Below, piece by piece: positions 10,565-23,476 of a DNA stretch of 64,000 nt (the stretch's first letter is position 1; each line of letters starts with the position of its first letter). A program made the position numbers and the translations under genes. The notes under the pieces are model-generated. The model was not told the DNA's origin, searched no databases, and saw only the letters and a program-made list of their open reading frames with translations. The DNA comes from Candidatus Binatia bacterium (lineage in GTDB: Bacteria; Desulfobacterota; Binatia; UBA9968; JAJDTQ01), in the NCBI GenBank assembly GCA_963666515.2, contig OY762897.2, positions 2,624,001 to 2,688,000 on the forward strand, in the 5' to 3' direction.

Positions 10565-11502
10565 TGGAAAGGCGCAGGTCCGTGAGCGAAGCACCCGAAA
10601 CACCTCGGCTGGAAACGGAAACCGTATCTTCCGACAAGACGGCGGCGGCCGGCCGGCGGGCACGGCCCCGGCTGGCGCGCGATCTGCTCAGGCACCGGCA
10701 GGGCGCGGTGGGGACGGTTCTATTTTTGGGCCTCGTGTCGATGGCGTTTCTGGCGCCGTTGTTGTCTCCCTTCGATCCGCAACATGTCGACGTCGAGAAG
10801 ATACTGAGCCCGCCGAGCACCACCCATTGGCTGGGAACCGACGAGCTTGGCCGCGACATCGCCAGCCGCATCATCTTCGGCGCGCGGGTGACGCTGCAGG
10901 TCGTGGCCGGAGCCGTTGCCTTGTCGCTGGTCGCGGGGGCGATCCTCGGATTCATCGCGGCGTATCTGGGCCGGTTCTGGGACGCATTGATCATGCGGGT
11001 GATCGACGCCCTGCTGGCCATTCCTCCGCTGGTCCTGGCGTTGGCCATCGTGGCGGCGCTCGGACCCAATCTCTTCTACACCATCCTCGCCATCGCGCTG
11101 GCGAAACTGGGCATGTTCGCCCGGCTCGTGCGCGGGGAAGTCCTGGTTCTCAAGTCGATGGAGTTCGTGGAAGCCGCCCGCGCCGCCGGCGCCAGCGGCG
11201 CCCGGATCGCGCTCAAGCACATATGGCCCAACGCGGCCGGCAACGTGATCGTCTTTTCCGCGGTCATTGCATCGAGCGCGCTGCTGATCGAATCGGCGCT
11301 CAACTTCCTCGGCCTCGGAGCCCAGCCGCCCACCCCGAGTTGGGGCGTGATGATCGCCATGGGAATGCAGCACTGGACGTTGTGGTGGATGAGCATCTTT
11401 CCGGGCGTCGCGATATTCCTCGCCATCCTCGCCTTCAACCTGCTGGGCGATGCGTTGCGGGACATCATGGACCGGCGCCTCTTCGATGTCGGCCGTCTGT
11501 GA
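10561..11502 (+). CDS. Peptide ABC permease (DppC/OppC-like)
   Basis: HWLGTDELGRD, FVEAARAAGA, PPTPSWG, FNLLGDALRD. Confidence 0.92.
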   Translation: MMERRRSVSEAPETPRLETETVSSDKTAAAGRRARPRLARDLLRHRQGAVGTVLFLGLVSMAFLAPLLSPFDPQHVDVEKILSPPSTTHWLGTDELGRDIASRIIFGARVTLQVVAGAVALSLVAGAILGFIAAYLGRFWDALIMRVIDALLAIPPLVLALAIVAALGPNLFYTILAIALAKLGMFARLVRGEVLVLKSMEFVEAARAAGASGARIALKHIWPNAAGNVIVFSAVIASSALLIESALNFLGLGAQPPTPSWGVMIAMGMQHWTLWWMSIFPGVAIFLAILAFNLLGDALRDIMDRRLFDVGRL

Positions 11503-11515
11503 GGCTTATATGGCG

Positions 11516-11554
11516 CCGTTCGCCCTGAGCGTAGCGAAGCGAAGTCGAAGGGCG
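11516..11554. repeat. REP-like palindromic element (CCGTTCGYCCTGAGC...GTCGAAGG type)
   Basis: ccgttcgccctgagcgtagcgaagcgaagtcgaagggcg, same family as 63112-63227; lies between convergent genes. Confidence 0.6.
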
Positions 11555-11591
11555 CCGACTCAGATTCCGGACGGCAATGGGTCAGCCCTGG

Positions 11592-12893
11592 TCAGCCGTT
11601 CTCGATGCTCAGCGAAGCCCCGAGCCCGTTCAGGTCGTGGACGAATTCCGGATAGGACATGACGAAGTTCTCGGCCCTGGACACGGTGATCTCCTGATCC
11701 CCCCGCAGGCCCGCCACCGACAATGCCGTCGCCACGCGGTGATCGAGGAATGCATCGAGCGTCGCCGAACCACGGTAGCCGTCGATGCCGACGATATCGA
11801 GCCCGTCCGGCCGTTCCTCGATGCGGGCGCCGATCCTGGTCAACTCCATCATCGAGGCGATGCGATCACTCTCCTTGTAGCGGACGTGCTCGCCGTTGAC
11901 GATCCGGGTCGTGCCTTCGGCGAAACAACCCAATACCGACAGGATGGGCACCAGGTCGGGCGAGTGGGTGACGTCGATGTCGATCCCGTGCATCGGCTTC
12001 GAGCCGCGCACCCGGATCGTGTTGGCCGCGGCGTCGATGGTCAGGTCGGCGCCCATTTCCATCATGATGTCTACGATCCTCTTCTCCGGATGGATGCTGG
12101 TCATGTCCAGATTCTGCAGGGTGATGTCCGAGCCCGGCGTGATGGCGGCGGCAACCATGGGCACCGAGGCAACACAGAAGTCGCCAGGAATGGTCAGGCT
12201 TGCCGGCTTGTAGGTTTGTCCGCCGGGCACCACGTACACGTCGGGGGCACGGCTCGCGTCATACTCGATCCCGAACGTATCGAGCATCTGCAGCGTCATG
12301 TCGATGTAGGGCTTCTCCCGCAACGTATCCGTGACCCGGACCGTCACCCCGTCGCGGCTGAGCGGCGCGCAGATCAGGACGCCCGACAGCCACTGCGAAA
12401 TAAACCCGGATATCTCCGTTTCGCCGCCGGCGAAGCCGCCGCCCCTGACGATGATCGGCGCGGTTCCGTCCCCCTGGGCCGAATAGCAATGAACGCCCAG
12501 CGACGACAGGCTGTCCAGCAACGATTTCATGGGCCGTCTGCGCAGTGACTGGTTGCCCGTGAACACCGTCCACCCCGGAGTTGCCGCCACCACCCCCAAC
12601 AGGAACTGAAGCGTGGTGCCCGAGTCATCGACATCGATCACGTTCCCGGGCGTGCGGTAGTCGCCGCCGTCAATGACGCAGGCATCTTCGGTGAACTCGA
12701 TGCTCGGACCGAACGCGACAATGTTCTCGGTGGTCGAGGTCATCTTGCCGACGAAAGCCCCGGACGCGTCCGTGATCGTGGTCCGCCCGTGGGCCAGCGA
12801 CCCCATGATCATCGCCCGCGTGAAATGATATTTCGACGAAATGACGCGAAGCGACCCGCGCAATCCGCCGCAGGGTCTGGATTTGATGTTCAT
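11592..12893 (-). CDS. aroA: EPSP synthase (AroA)-family enolpyruvyl transferase, divergent
   Basis: SGTT, LRRRPM, KPYIDMT, PDL, RYKESDRI, DHR and SYPEF motifs; several canonical ligand residues are changed. Confidence 0.75.
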   Translation of the reverse strand: MNIKSRPCGGLRGSLRVISSKYHFTRAMIMGSLAHGRTTITDASGAFVGKMTSTTENIVAFGPSIEFTEDACVIDGGDYRTPGNVIDVDDSGTTLQFLLGVVAATPGWTVFTGNQSLRRRPMKSLLDSLSSLGVHCYSAQGDGTAPIIVRGGGFAGGETEISGFISQWLSGVLICAPLSRDGVTVRVTDTLREKPYIDMTLQMLDTFGIEYDASRAPDVYVVPGGQTYKPASLTIPGDFCVASVPMVAAAITPGSDITLQNLDMTSIHPEKRIVDIMMEMGADLTIDAAANTIRVRGSKPMHGIDIDVTHSPDLVPILSVLGCFAEGTTRIVNGEHVRYKESDRIASMMELTRIGARIEERPDGLDIVGIDGYRGSATLDAFLDHRVATALSVAGLRGDQEITVSRAENFVMSYPEFVHDLNGLGASLSIENG

Positions 12894-13026
12894 CGACGCT
12901 CCCCTGCCACATGGCGTCGCAGCCACGCCGCCAGTTCGTCAAAACGGAACGTCCCCGCCTCGTAAAGCCCGGAGATGAAAGCGTACGCCTCCTCGCCGTC
13001 GGCGGTCAACTGCGCGCCGTTGATCG
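12890..13026 (-). pseudogene. C-terminal remnant of a second Fic/Doc toxin
   Basis: Encodes INGAQLTADGEEAYAFISGLYEAGTFRFDELAAWLRRHVAGERR*, near-identical in protein to the Doc at 13413-13829; its TGA overlaps the aroA ATG. Confidence 0.8.
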
Positions 13027-13416
13027 ATGGATGAAGCCGATGCAAAGGCCGAACAGTCCGAATTGAAGCACAAGATAGAGAGTCTCCATCCCGACGAACG
13101 CCGCCGTTCCCGCCACCTGCTGCTTGGCGACGAAGGCGAGCACGTGAGAAGTCCAGAAGAAGGCTCCCGTGATGAAAGCGAACTTGATCCCTCGCCGAAA
13201 ACTGCTTTCCCCGGTCTTGAGCATTGGAAACAGAGTGGAAAGCAGAAAGCCCTGAAGCACTATGCTCAGCAAGCCGACAAGAAAGTTCGGCTCGCCCTCG
13301 AAGTAGCCGAACGATTCGTAGTTCTCTTTGAAAAGCAACACATGCCAGCCCACGGCGAGAGAAAACGTGCAGATCGTATAGGCGGCGGTTCCCAGGATCA
13401 GCTTCTTGGCGTTCAT
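13006..13416 (-). CDS. Small four-TM membrane protein (DUF1761-like)
   Basis: 136 aa with four hydrophobic segments; ATG overlaps the doc stop codon. Confidence 0.65.
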   Translation of the reverse strand: MNAKKLILGTAAYTICTFSLAVGWHVLLFKENYESFGYFEGEPNFLVGLLSIVLQGFLLSTLFPMLKTGESSFRRGIKFAFITGAFFWTSHVLAFVAKQQVAGTAAFVGMETLYLVLQFGLFGLCIGFIHRSTARS

Positions 13417-13829
13417 CGCTTGCGAGGATTGGCTTTATTGTCCCATGCGTCTGCGGGCACGACGACGAACGACCGCCGGAGCCATGCCGCCAACTCGTCG
13501 AAACGGAACCTCCCGGATTCGTACAGCCCCGAAATGAACGCGTAGGCATCTTCCGGGTCCGCCGTCAGTCGTGCTCCGTTGATCGCGAGAAACGTGTACG
13601 TGGCTGCAAAGGCCACACGCTTGTTGCCGTCGAGAAATGGATGGTTCTGGGCGAGGCTTTCCCATAACGCGGCGGCTTCCTCAATGAGATTGGCGTAGTA
13701 GCCGGTCTGCGGCCGATAGAGCGCCGCCTCCAGAAGACCGGCATCCCGAATCCCTTCCGTTCCTCCGTACCGTTGGATCTGGTCCGCGTGAATGGCAAGG
13801 ACTTCAGCCAGCGTGAGATAGTCACTCAT
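13413..13829 (-). CDS. Fic/Doc family toxin (death-on-curing) with chimeric C-terminal tail
   Basis: Motif HPFLDGNKRVA; N-terminal YLTLAEVLAIH and GIRDAGLLEAAL. Confidence 0.9.
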   Translation of the reverse strand: MSDYLTLAEVLAIHADQIQRYGGTEGIRDAGLLEAALYRPQTGYYANLIEEAAALWESLAQNHPFLDGNKRVAFAATYTFLAINGARLTADPEDAYAFISGLYESGRFRFDELAAWLRRSFVVVPADAWDNKANPRKR

Positions 13830-14053
13830 TGGGCGAGCTTCTTGTAAAGCTCGCCGTACTTGTCATGGCTGGCCAGATAGGCTGCCATGACCTGCGGCCG
13901 GGGCCGGCCCTGTCTTCGTTTTTCGATCAGGTCGGCCAGCGCCTCATCGACGAGGGCCTGAAGTTGGCGGCCCTCCTGCTCGGCAATCGCGCGGATGGTG
14001 GACAAGATTTCGGAATCGACCTGAGTGGCGAATTTCTCACGAGTCTTGGACAT
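13826..14053 (-). CDS. Antitoxin of the Doc module (RHH-like N-terminus)
   Basis: 75 aa, KFATQVDSEIL..., C-terminal YGELYKKLAQ; ATGA overlap with doc. Confidence 0.75.
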   Translation of the reverse strand: MSKTREKFATQVDSEILSTIRAIAEQEGRQLQALVDEALADLIEKRRQGRPRPQVMAAYLASHDKYGELYKKLAQ

Positions 14054-14060
14054 GGCTCGA

Positions 14061-14089
14061 ACATGTCATGACAAATCATGACATGTCAA
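14061..14089 (-). promoter_or_regulatory. Operator/promoter of the antitoxin-doc pair
   Basis: Perfect 11-bp inverted repeat acatgtcatga-caaa-tcatgacatgt overlapping TTGACA on the minus strand, 7 bp upstream of the ATG. Confidence 0.65.
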
Positions 14090-15938
14090 GACTTGCGGCT
14101 ATGTCGGCCTGACGGAGCGCGTGGTGTTTCCTTTCGTTCGGATCGAGGTGGCGTTTTCGAAGCCGGAGATTGCACGGCGTGACCTCGATCAGTTCATCCT
14201 GGCGGATGAACTCGATGGCCTGCTCCAGGGACATGCGCACGGGAGGCACGATCTTTTCGATGCCCTTGAGGACGGAGGACCGCATGTTCGTCAGTTTCCT
14301 CTCCTTGGTGATGTTCACGTCCATGTCCTTGTCGCGGCTGCTCTGTCCCACCAGCATGCCGCCGTACACCGGCTCGGTGGGCCCGACGAACAGCTCGCCC
14401 CGCTCCTGCAGGTTGAACATCGCATAACCGGTGACGCGGCCCCGGCGGTCGGCCACCAGCGCGCCGGTGGAACGATGGACGATGTCGCCCGCCCAGGGCC
14501 GGTATCCGATGAACATGTGCGTGAGGGTTCCCGTGCCCTTGGTGTCGGTGAGGAACTCGGTCCGGTATCCGATCAGCCCGCGGCTGGGCGCCTCGATCTC
14601 CAGACGAACCCTTCCCGAACCGCGGTCCGCCAGCCTGACCAGGACGCCCCTCCGCGCGCCGAGCTTCTGGACCACGATTCCCTGGTACTCTTCATCGGTC
14701 TCGATGATGGCCAGCTCGTACGGTTCGTGGACCGCGTCGCCGACGGTGCGGGTCAGCACCCGCGGCATGCCTACCGAGAACTCGTACCCTTCCCGCCGCA
14801 TCTGCTCGATCAGGACGGCGAGTTGCAACTCTCCGCGGCCGTACACCAGGAAGCGGTCGGAAGACTCGATGGGCTCCACCCGGATGGCGAGGTTGTGCTC
14901 GGCCTCCTTGAGCAGCCGCGCCCGGAGGTGGCGCGAGGTCAGGTAGCGGCCGTCCTTTCCGCTGAACGGGGAGTCGTTGATGGAGAACTCCATCGACAGC
15001 GTGGGTTCCTCCACGTCGAGGGCCGGCAGCGGCCTGGGGTCCTCGCCGTCGGCGATGCTCTCGCCCAGCCCGATGCCGCTCATGCCCGCCAGCGCGACGA
15101 TCTCTCCGGGGCCAGCCGACGGCACCGGGACGCGCCCGAGGCCCTCGTAGATGAACAGCTCCGCAACCGCGGCCTGGGTCTGCGACCCGCCGCGCCGGCA
15201 CAGGGTCACCGGCTGCCGGTTCCGCACCGTGCCGTCCACCACGCGGCCGATGGCCAGCGGGCCGAGGTAGTCGTCGGGCGCCACGTTGGTCACCAATATC
15301 TGCAACGGGTGGCCCGCGTCTCCGGCGGGCGGCGGAACGTGCTCCACGATGGCCTCGAAAAGCGGCCGAAGATCGGTAAGCTCGCCGCCCGGCGACGGCG
15401 TGCATCTTCCCTGACGGGCGACCGAGTAGATGACCGGAAACTCGATCTGTTCCTCGGTGGCGCCCAGGTCGATGAACAGGTCGTAGATCTCGTTCAGGAC
15501 TTCCGCCGGACGCGCGTCGTGGCGGTCGATCTTGTTGATGACCACGATCGGCGGCAGTCCCAGCTCCAGCGCCTTGGCCAGCACCGCCCGCGTCTGGGGC
15601 ATCGGCCCTTCCGCGGCGTCGACCAGCAGCATGACCCCGTCAACCATGCGCAACGTGCGTTCCACCTCGCCGCCGAAATCCACGTGGCCCGGCGTGTCGG
15701 CGATGTTGATCTTGACGCCGCGGTAAGTCACGGAGGCGTTCTTCGCCATGATCGTGATGCCCTTCTCGCGCTCCAGGTCCATGGAGTCCAGCACCCGCTC
15801 ACGCACGTCCTGGTTTTCGCGGAACGTCCCGCTCTGCCACAGCATGGCGTCCACCAGCGTGGTCTTGCCGTGGTCCACGTGCGCGATGATCGCGATGTTG
15901 CGAAGATTCGCCGCCTCGCGGCATGCGACGAGGTCCAT
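14076..15938 (-). CDS. typA: Translational GTPase TypA/BipA
   Basis: [63 protein letters not shown]. Confidence 0.95.
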   Translation of the reverse strand: MDLVACREAANLRNIAIIAHVDHGKTTLVDAMLWQSGTFRENQDVRERVLDSMDLEREKGITIMAKNASVTYRGVKINIADTPGHVDFGGEVERTLRMVDGVMLLVDAAEGPMPQTRAVLAKALELGLPPIVVINKIDRHDARPAEVLNEIYDLFIDLGATEEQIEFPVIYSVARQGRCTPSPGGELTDLRPLFEAIVEHVPPPAGDAGHPLQILVTNVAPDDYLGPLAIGRVVDGTVRNRQPVTLCRRGGSQTQAAVAELFIYEGLGRVPVPSAGPGEIVALAGMSGIGLGESIADGEDPRPLPALDVEEPTLSMEFSINDSPFSGKDGRYLTSRHLRARLLKEAEHNLAIRVEPIESSDRFLVYGRGELQLAVLIEQMRREGYEFSVGMPRVLTRTVGDAVHEPYELAIIETDEEYQGIVVQKLGARRGVLVRLADRGSGRVRLEIEAPSRGLIGYRTEFLTDTKGTGTLTHMFIGYRPWAGDIVHRSTGALVADRRGRVTGYAMFNLQERGELFVGPTEPVYGGMLVGQSSRDKDMDVNITKERKLTNMRSSVLKGIEKIVPPVRMSLEQAIEFIRQDELIEVTPCNLRLRKRHLDPNERKHHALRQADIAASLDMS

Positions 15939-16140
15939 CAGTCATCCTCCCCTGTTCGCCCGCACACCTCAGGCAGCCGGGTGTATGCGGACATGCAAAA
16001 TCCGGTTACGGTCGTTCGTGAGCGCCCTGGAAATGGCCGGAATTTCCGGACGGTTTCCGGCTCGGAAAACGGAGCTTCAAGGCGTGCAATGCCGAAGAGA
16101 CGATTCTAGCAAGTTCGGGGGAATTGGCCTAGCGCCGCTC

Positions 16141-16239
16141 AGGTAGTCCGTCATTTGGCGAGCTTCTTGTAAAGCTCGCCGTACTTGTCATGGCTGGTGA
16201 GATAAGCCGCCATGACGTGCGGCCGGGGCCTGGCCTGTC
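16141..16239 (-). pseudogene. Remnant of a paralogous antitoxin 3' end plus doc start
   Basis: About 88/99 nt identical by hand count to 13816-13914; encodes RQARPRPHVMAAYLTSHDKYGELYKKLAK* then MTDYL. Confidence 0.8.
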
Positions 16240-16265
16240 AATTCTCCTTGGCTGGCATTCCACCG

Positions 16266-16469
16266 TTATCGGCCGGTGCGTTCGATCAGGGCTTCAAGGG
16301 CGCGCATGGCTTCGGCGTGCGCAGCCATGGCTTCAGCGTGGCGTTGGTCTTCGCGCTTGGAGCGCTGGTCTCCGGCCCGGCGCATCACCGCGATGCCGGC
16401 CCACACAACCCCGACCATCAGCAGGCTGATGGCGGCTTGCGTGATTCCTGTCCATTCCGATACAGACAT
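16266..16469 (-). CDS. Small hypothetical protein (one TM plus coiled tail)
   Basis: GGAG RBS, 67 aa with a hydrophobic N-terminal helix. Confidence 0.5.
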   Translation of the reverse strand: MSVSEWTGITQAAISLLMVGVVWAGIAVMRRAGDQRSKREDQRHAEAMAAHAEAMRALEALIERTGR

Positions 16470-16640
16470 GGCCCGTCTCCTCGTCCGTCCGCCGGCTCCC
16501 GGCGTCCATAATAGGTCTTTCCACTACTGGAGTTCAAACGCCGCTACACCCCCCGACTACCTCCAAGGCAAACACCCGTCCCTACAATTGATTATTCGGC
16601 ACCGCCGGACGGAACTTTAGCTTGAAGGATCCTTGCCCGC

Positions 16641-19781
<3,141 letters not shown>

Positions 19782-19788
19782 GTAGTTG

Positions 19789-20928
19789 CTATTGCCCCTC
19801 CTCGGCCCCGTCGTTCTCTCGAAGGACGTCTGTAATAACGGGATTCAACAGACGCCAACGCTGCCCAATTCGTTCAAGATCGCCCCTCAATACAACAGGG
19901 GCCTTTTCTTTGTGGGCCAAAATCGCCTGCTCATAATCCGATTGCCTCAAGACAGCCTTCACGGATTCATTCCGGCCATCGATGGATGCCAGCAGAGTCA
20001 CCGTCCCGTCCATTTCCGCTTCTTCACGAGTCAACGCGCGTACGATACCGAAGATGTCTACATCTGGACGCGGTTCACGCTCCCGAAACGATCGCGCGGC
20101 CTCTCGCAACACGGGAACATCAGAGGCGGAGAAACGGATCACGTCCCGAACCACCTTCACAGGGCGAGTTCGAGCCCATGTGATACTGACATTCAGCCAA
20201 GGGAACGGTTCGACAACCTCTACAAGAGCCTCGCACAGGTTGGCGCTGACCCCCCGTTGCACCGCGTTTGCAAAGGCGTCCGCCTCTCCACCGACCGTGC
20301 GTTCCGTTGCCTCGCGAGTCGCTGCAAGGGCACCGGCCAAACGTCTCGTGATCTGCCGCTCAAACGGATCGTCGTCTAGCGCCGCGTCGTCAATGAGCGC
20401 GTGCTGGATCGGGGGTGGGACAATGGGACTCAGAAGCGTCACCGCGAAACTCGCTTGTTCCGTCTGCCCCAAGCGAACGTGCTCCATATAGATGTTTGCT
20501 TCCTTGTTTGCACCAGCCCTGTAAAAGCGCTGGGGGTGTTGCACGGAACAGGCCGCGGCCAAAAGCAGATCGCGAGCCCCGTGTATGAGCCTGATTCCAT
20601 CACTGGCGGTCACGCTCCCGTCGTATCCCTCCGCTGCTCGGACCCTTATGACGTCGCGATCAGCCGTAACCAGATCACGATAGAGCGCCAACTCGTCAAG
20701 CTCGGCGGCTTTAGCGAAGATTTCCAACAGGCGTGAGACCACGCTGGCATAATCTCCGAGTGATTGATGCCGAGGCAAGAGAATCTCCGGTAATCCCTCG
20801 GCAGTATAAATGTCCGAATGATCCCCGTATGTCCCCGTCTTGGTCCATCCCGAAGTCCGCGCATAAGCCGACAGTGCTCCCGGAGAGATTTCGCTCAAAG
20901 CCTTCGTATCCCGGATGTTGGCTATCAT
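19789..20928 (-). CDS. Hypothetical protein, partner of the DUF4365-like gene
   Basis: 379 aa ORF translationally coupled to 20925-21425; N-terminal YARTSGW...EILLP segment, central GQTEQASF motif. Confidence 0.75.
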   Translation of the reverse strand: MIANIRDTKALSEISPGALSAYARTSGWTKTGTYGDHSDIYTAEGLPEILLPRHQSLGDYASVVSRLLEIFAKAAELDELALYRDLVTADRDVIRVRAAEGYDGSVTASDGIRLIHGARDLLLAAACSVQHPQRFYRAGANKEANIYMEHVRLGQTEQASFAVTLLSPIVPPPIQHALIDDAALDDDPFERQITRRLAGALAATREATERTVGGEADAFANAVQRGVSANLCEALVEVVEPFPWLNVSITWARTRPVKVVRDVIRFSASDVPVLREAARSFREREPRPDVDIFGIVRALTREEAEMDGTVTLLASIDGRNESVKAVLRQSDYEQAILAHKEKAPVVLRGDLERIGQRWRLLNPVITDVLRENDGAEEGQ

Positions 20929-21425
20929 GTGATCTTCCCCCTTCGCGATAGCTCCATTAGGGCACGCAATCGCTCCACGTCAAACCGATTTTCTGGGGGT
21001 ATCGGAACCGTAATGGAGGATCGATTGGGTTTCTCCTCCTGGCCGGCCAGACTCAGCCAGAAGGCGCACCGCCTTAGTGTCAGCGCTTCCGCAGTGATGG
21101 TCATCCAGTCCCTCGGTTCCGTTGGCAGATCAAGCACAACGAGAATCCTCGGGGTTTGAGTCTCGATGCGCAACAGATCGTAGTTCCGCTGCTTCAACGG
21201 AAAGCGCAAAACTCCGTCCGCGGCGGCCCTCAAATTGACGCTGGCCTTTAGCTGCATATCCAGCGCAGGCCGCATGCCGCCTCCCGCGTGTATACGGATA
21301 TCGACGCCGTCGCGATCCAGGTCACAATGGCTTGTGACGTAACCTGCCCGGGCAGCGACAGCCTGCACATACACCCGCGACAGGGCTTCTTCTTCGTCAG
21401 CCGACGTGAGGAGTGTGTCTGTCAT
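20925..21425 (-). CDS. DUF4365-like PD-(D/E)xK-fold protein
   Basis: EALSRVYVQAVAARAG, DRDGVD, DMQLKAS, NYDLLR, PRILVVL, AFWLSL pattern (recalled family). Confidence 0.75.
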   Translation of the reverse strand: MTDTLLTSADEEEALSRVYVQAVAARAGYVTSHCDLDRDGVDIRIHAGGGMRPALDMQLKASVNLRAAADGVLRFPLKQRNYDLLRIETQTPRILVVLDLPTEPRDWMTITAEALTLRRCAFWLSLAGQEEKPNRSSITVPIPPENRFDVERLRALMELSRRGKIT

Positions 21426-21647
21426 ACCGTCGCCTTGGTGTGTGCTTCCGTGTCCCCGACCCTTGAAAGATCGGACCTCAAGGGTCAAATGGGGTATAAA
21501 ACCCGAAGCAACCGGAGCCGACCATGAGCCTACCACAAACCGTAGCAGAAGTGCGGACCGAGCGGCGCCGGAATCCTGACACCGGGGTCACGTATCCGTG
21601 GGTGGTGTCGTCCACCGCGATGGTCACCATGTGTATTTCTATTTGAT

Positions 21648-22412
21648 TCAAGCAGCGAGTTCCTCGCGCGCCTGGTCGCGGGCCGACCACGCAATGGGAT
21701 GGACGTCGTAGCTCCGAATCGCGGCCGACACGTTTTCCGAGACCTGCTGGTCCGAATCGTTGAGGATGGCGTAAGCGCGCGAGTCCGTAGACCGAACCTC
21801 CTTGGTGTCGATCCAGGAGAACGCCATTGCCTGCGCCGTGTCTCTACTCGGCCGGTTGATCGCCCGCACCACCCGCTCCGGCTGGACTCTTGATTTCGGT
21901 ATGACGAAGTCGAACCGGTGATCGTAGCCGCTCTTCCCGGTGAACTTGACGTTCGGCGTGTAGCGGATATCGGAGAGATCAAGCCAAGACACCACGTCTT
22001 CGTAGAACAAGTTGGCGACCACGGGCGACGCCAAGTAGAAGAGATCGTTGACGGCCAGCATGGCCTGTACGAGGTTGTGTTTCCGCGGCGCGAAATTGTC
22101 AGCCGACGCGTGCACTTCAAGCGCCCTTTCGTTGATCTGCACGCCAAACCCGTTGAGCGTCGTCTTGAACAGCGCCTGTCGCTTGGTACTGTCGATCTTG
22201 CACCCCGACTGCTCCAGATCGTCAAGAACGTAGCCGTCATCCGTCAGCACGAAGCCGCCGTTGACCCGCTTGGCGTAGATCTGGAGACAGTCGTTGTGAC
22301 GGTCGAGGTAGGGGGTGGTGATCTCCGCCCAGTCGCCGATCTCGCGAAGACTCGTCCTGTCCCGCAGCCAAGCCCAGTATTGGTCCAACAAGGATTGTAC
22401 TTCTCCGATCAT
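21648..22412 (-). CDS. DUF1828/DUF1829-domain protein
   Basis: [42 protein letters not shown]. Confidence 0.8.
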   Translation of the reverse strand: MIGEVQSLLDQYWAWLRDRTSLREIGDWAEITTPYLDRHNDCLQIYAKRVNGGFVLTDDGYVLDDLEQSGCKIDSTKRQALFKTTLNGFGVQINERALEVHASADNFAPRKHNLVQAMLAVNDLFYLASPVVANLFYEDVVSWLDLSDIRYTPNVKFTGKSGYDHRFDFVIPKSRVQPERVVRAINRPSRDTAQAMAFSWIDTKEVRSTDSRAYAILNDSDQQVSENVSAAIRSYDVHPIAWSARDQAREELAA

Positions 22413-22498
22413 GTGAAGAGTCCTCGTTGGACGTTAGGCGGCTCCACGATGTTGCAGAACCGTATGAAATCTCCAAGTGTCAGCCACGCGAACCCGTA
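22409..22498 (-). pseudogene. C-terminal remnant of the upstream partner of the DUF1828/1829 gene (DUF6978-like)
   Basis: Reads [25 protein letters not shown] with ATGA overlap; no start codon. Confidence 0.55.
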
Positions 22499-23278
22499 CT
22501 ACGCTGCCAGGAGGATTCGCTCGAATTCGTCAGGTCGTGACCAGCGAGCGACTACGGACTGCTGCTCCACCAGGCTGAAGTCCTCCTCCCGCCACACGTC
22601 TTCCGTGTCGTCGAAGAGCGAGACGAATGCCAAGTGGGGTTGACTGACCTTCAGATGGCTGAGATCGACACACCCTGCCAGGACGTGTTCGGCGACGCGG
22701 CGGGCCGCACCGCGTGAACCGGTGCTCAACAGGAAGACAAAGGAGGTTCGATCATTGGTACGGGTCTGGTAGTCGATGGTCCAGCTTCGCCCCGACCTCC
22801 CTTGGCAGTTGACGGCACGGTCAAAGGACATCTCCCTTTCCCCCAGCCAATCGGCCACTTCGTCGGCCACCGTTTCGACTGCACGGGCGCGCAACGTGAA
22901 CCACAAGTCAGCGACGCGCACCACGGCCTGCGCCACACGCAAAACCGCCTCCCCCACCACGTCAGCGCCGTCCGACCGGAGCACAAGCTGTCCGCGGTGC
23001 AATTCCACACCCAAGGTCTGGCACGTATCCTCCACCATCCGGTCCTGTTTGGGCGAACGTCGGGCACTCACGGATTGCATGCGCAACCACCCCAATGCCT
23101 CCCCGAAGTCCGTGACGTGGCACCGCCCCTCGCGCTCGACGACAAAGACATCGACGATGCCGCCGTCCGGATACATAAGCGGGGTCCGCACCCGTACACC
23201 CTCCCGCCGGGCGGGCGTGCACTCGAAAAGAGCCGGAAGCGACCGGCCAACCGAAACGCTCAGCTCATCGGGATTCAT
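22499..23278 (-). CDS. DUF1828-domain protein (second type)
   Basis: VRTPLMYPDGGIVDVFV, VTDFGEALGWL, GRSGRSWTIDY; ATG at 23278 overlaps the stop of the upstream remnant. Confidence 0.75.
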   Translation of the reverse strand: MNPDELSVSVGRSLPALFECTPARREGVRVRTPLMYPDGGIVDVFVVEREGRCHVTDFGEALGWLRMQSVSARRSPKQDRMVEDTCQTLGVELHRGQLVLRSDGADVVGEAVLRVAQAVVRVADLWFTLRARAVETVADEVADWLGEREMSFDRAVNCQGRSGRSWTIDYQTRTNDRTSFVFLLSTGSRGAARRVAEHVLAGCVDLSHLKVSQPHLAFVSLFDDTEDVWREEDFSLVEQQSVVARWSRPDEFERILLAA

Positions 23279-23470
23279 GGCCACAGTTCCTCCTGGACCT
23301 CCGGCGTATCCATCCGCCCCCTATGACGAATTTTCGCTTCCGCGCAGAACTGCCCCCAAAATTCTACCGGTCGGTCCCAAGAACTCCGTGATGTCCTCCG
23401 GCAAATCCCTCCGTCTGCAGATGCTTATGCTTCTCGCCAACACGATTGCAATGGGAATTATAACCCATAG
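23275..23470 (-). pseudogene. Frameshifted remnant of a DUF6978-like partner
   Basis: Pieces in three frames: NSHCNRVGEKHKH / LPEDITE / WDRPVEFWGQFCAEAKIRHRGRMDTPEVQEELWP*. Confidence 0.55.
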
Positions 23471-23476
23471 TCACAT

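Noticed and set aside
16500-16630. Possible nuclease or transposase fragment (EFKRRYT/PDYLQGKHP)
   Set aside because: Too short and frameshifted to assign without a search
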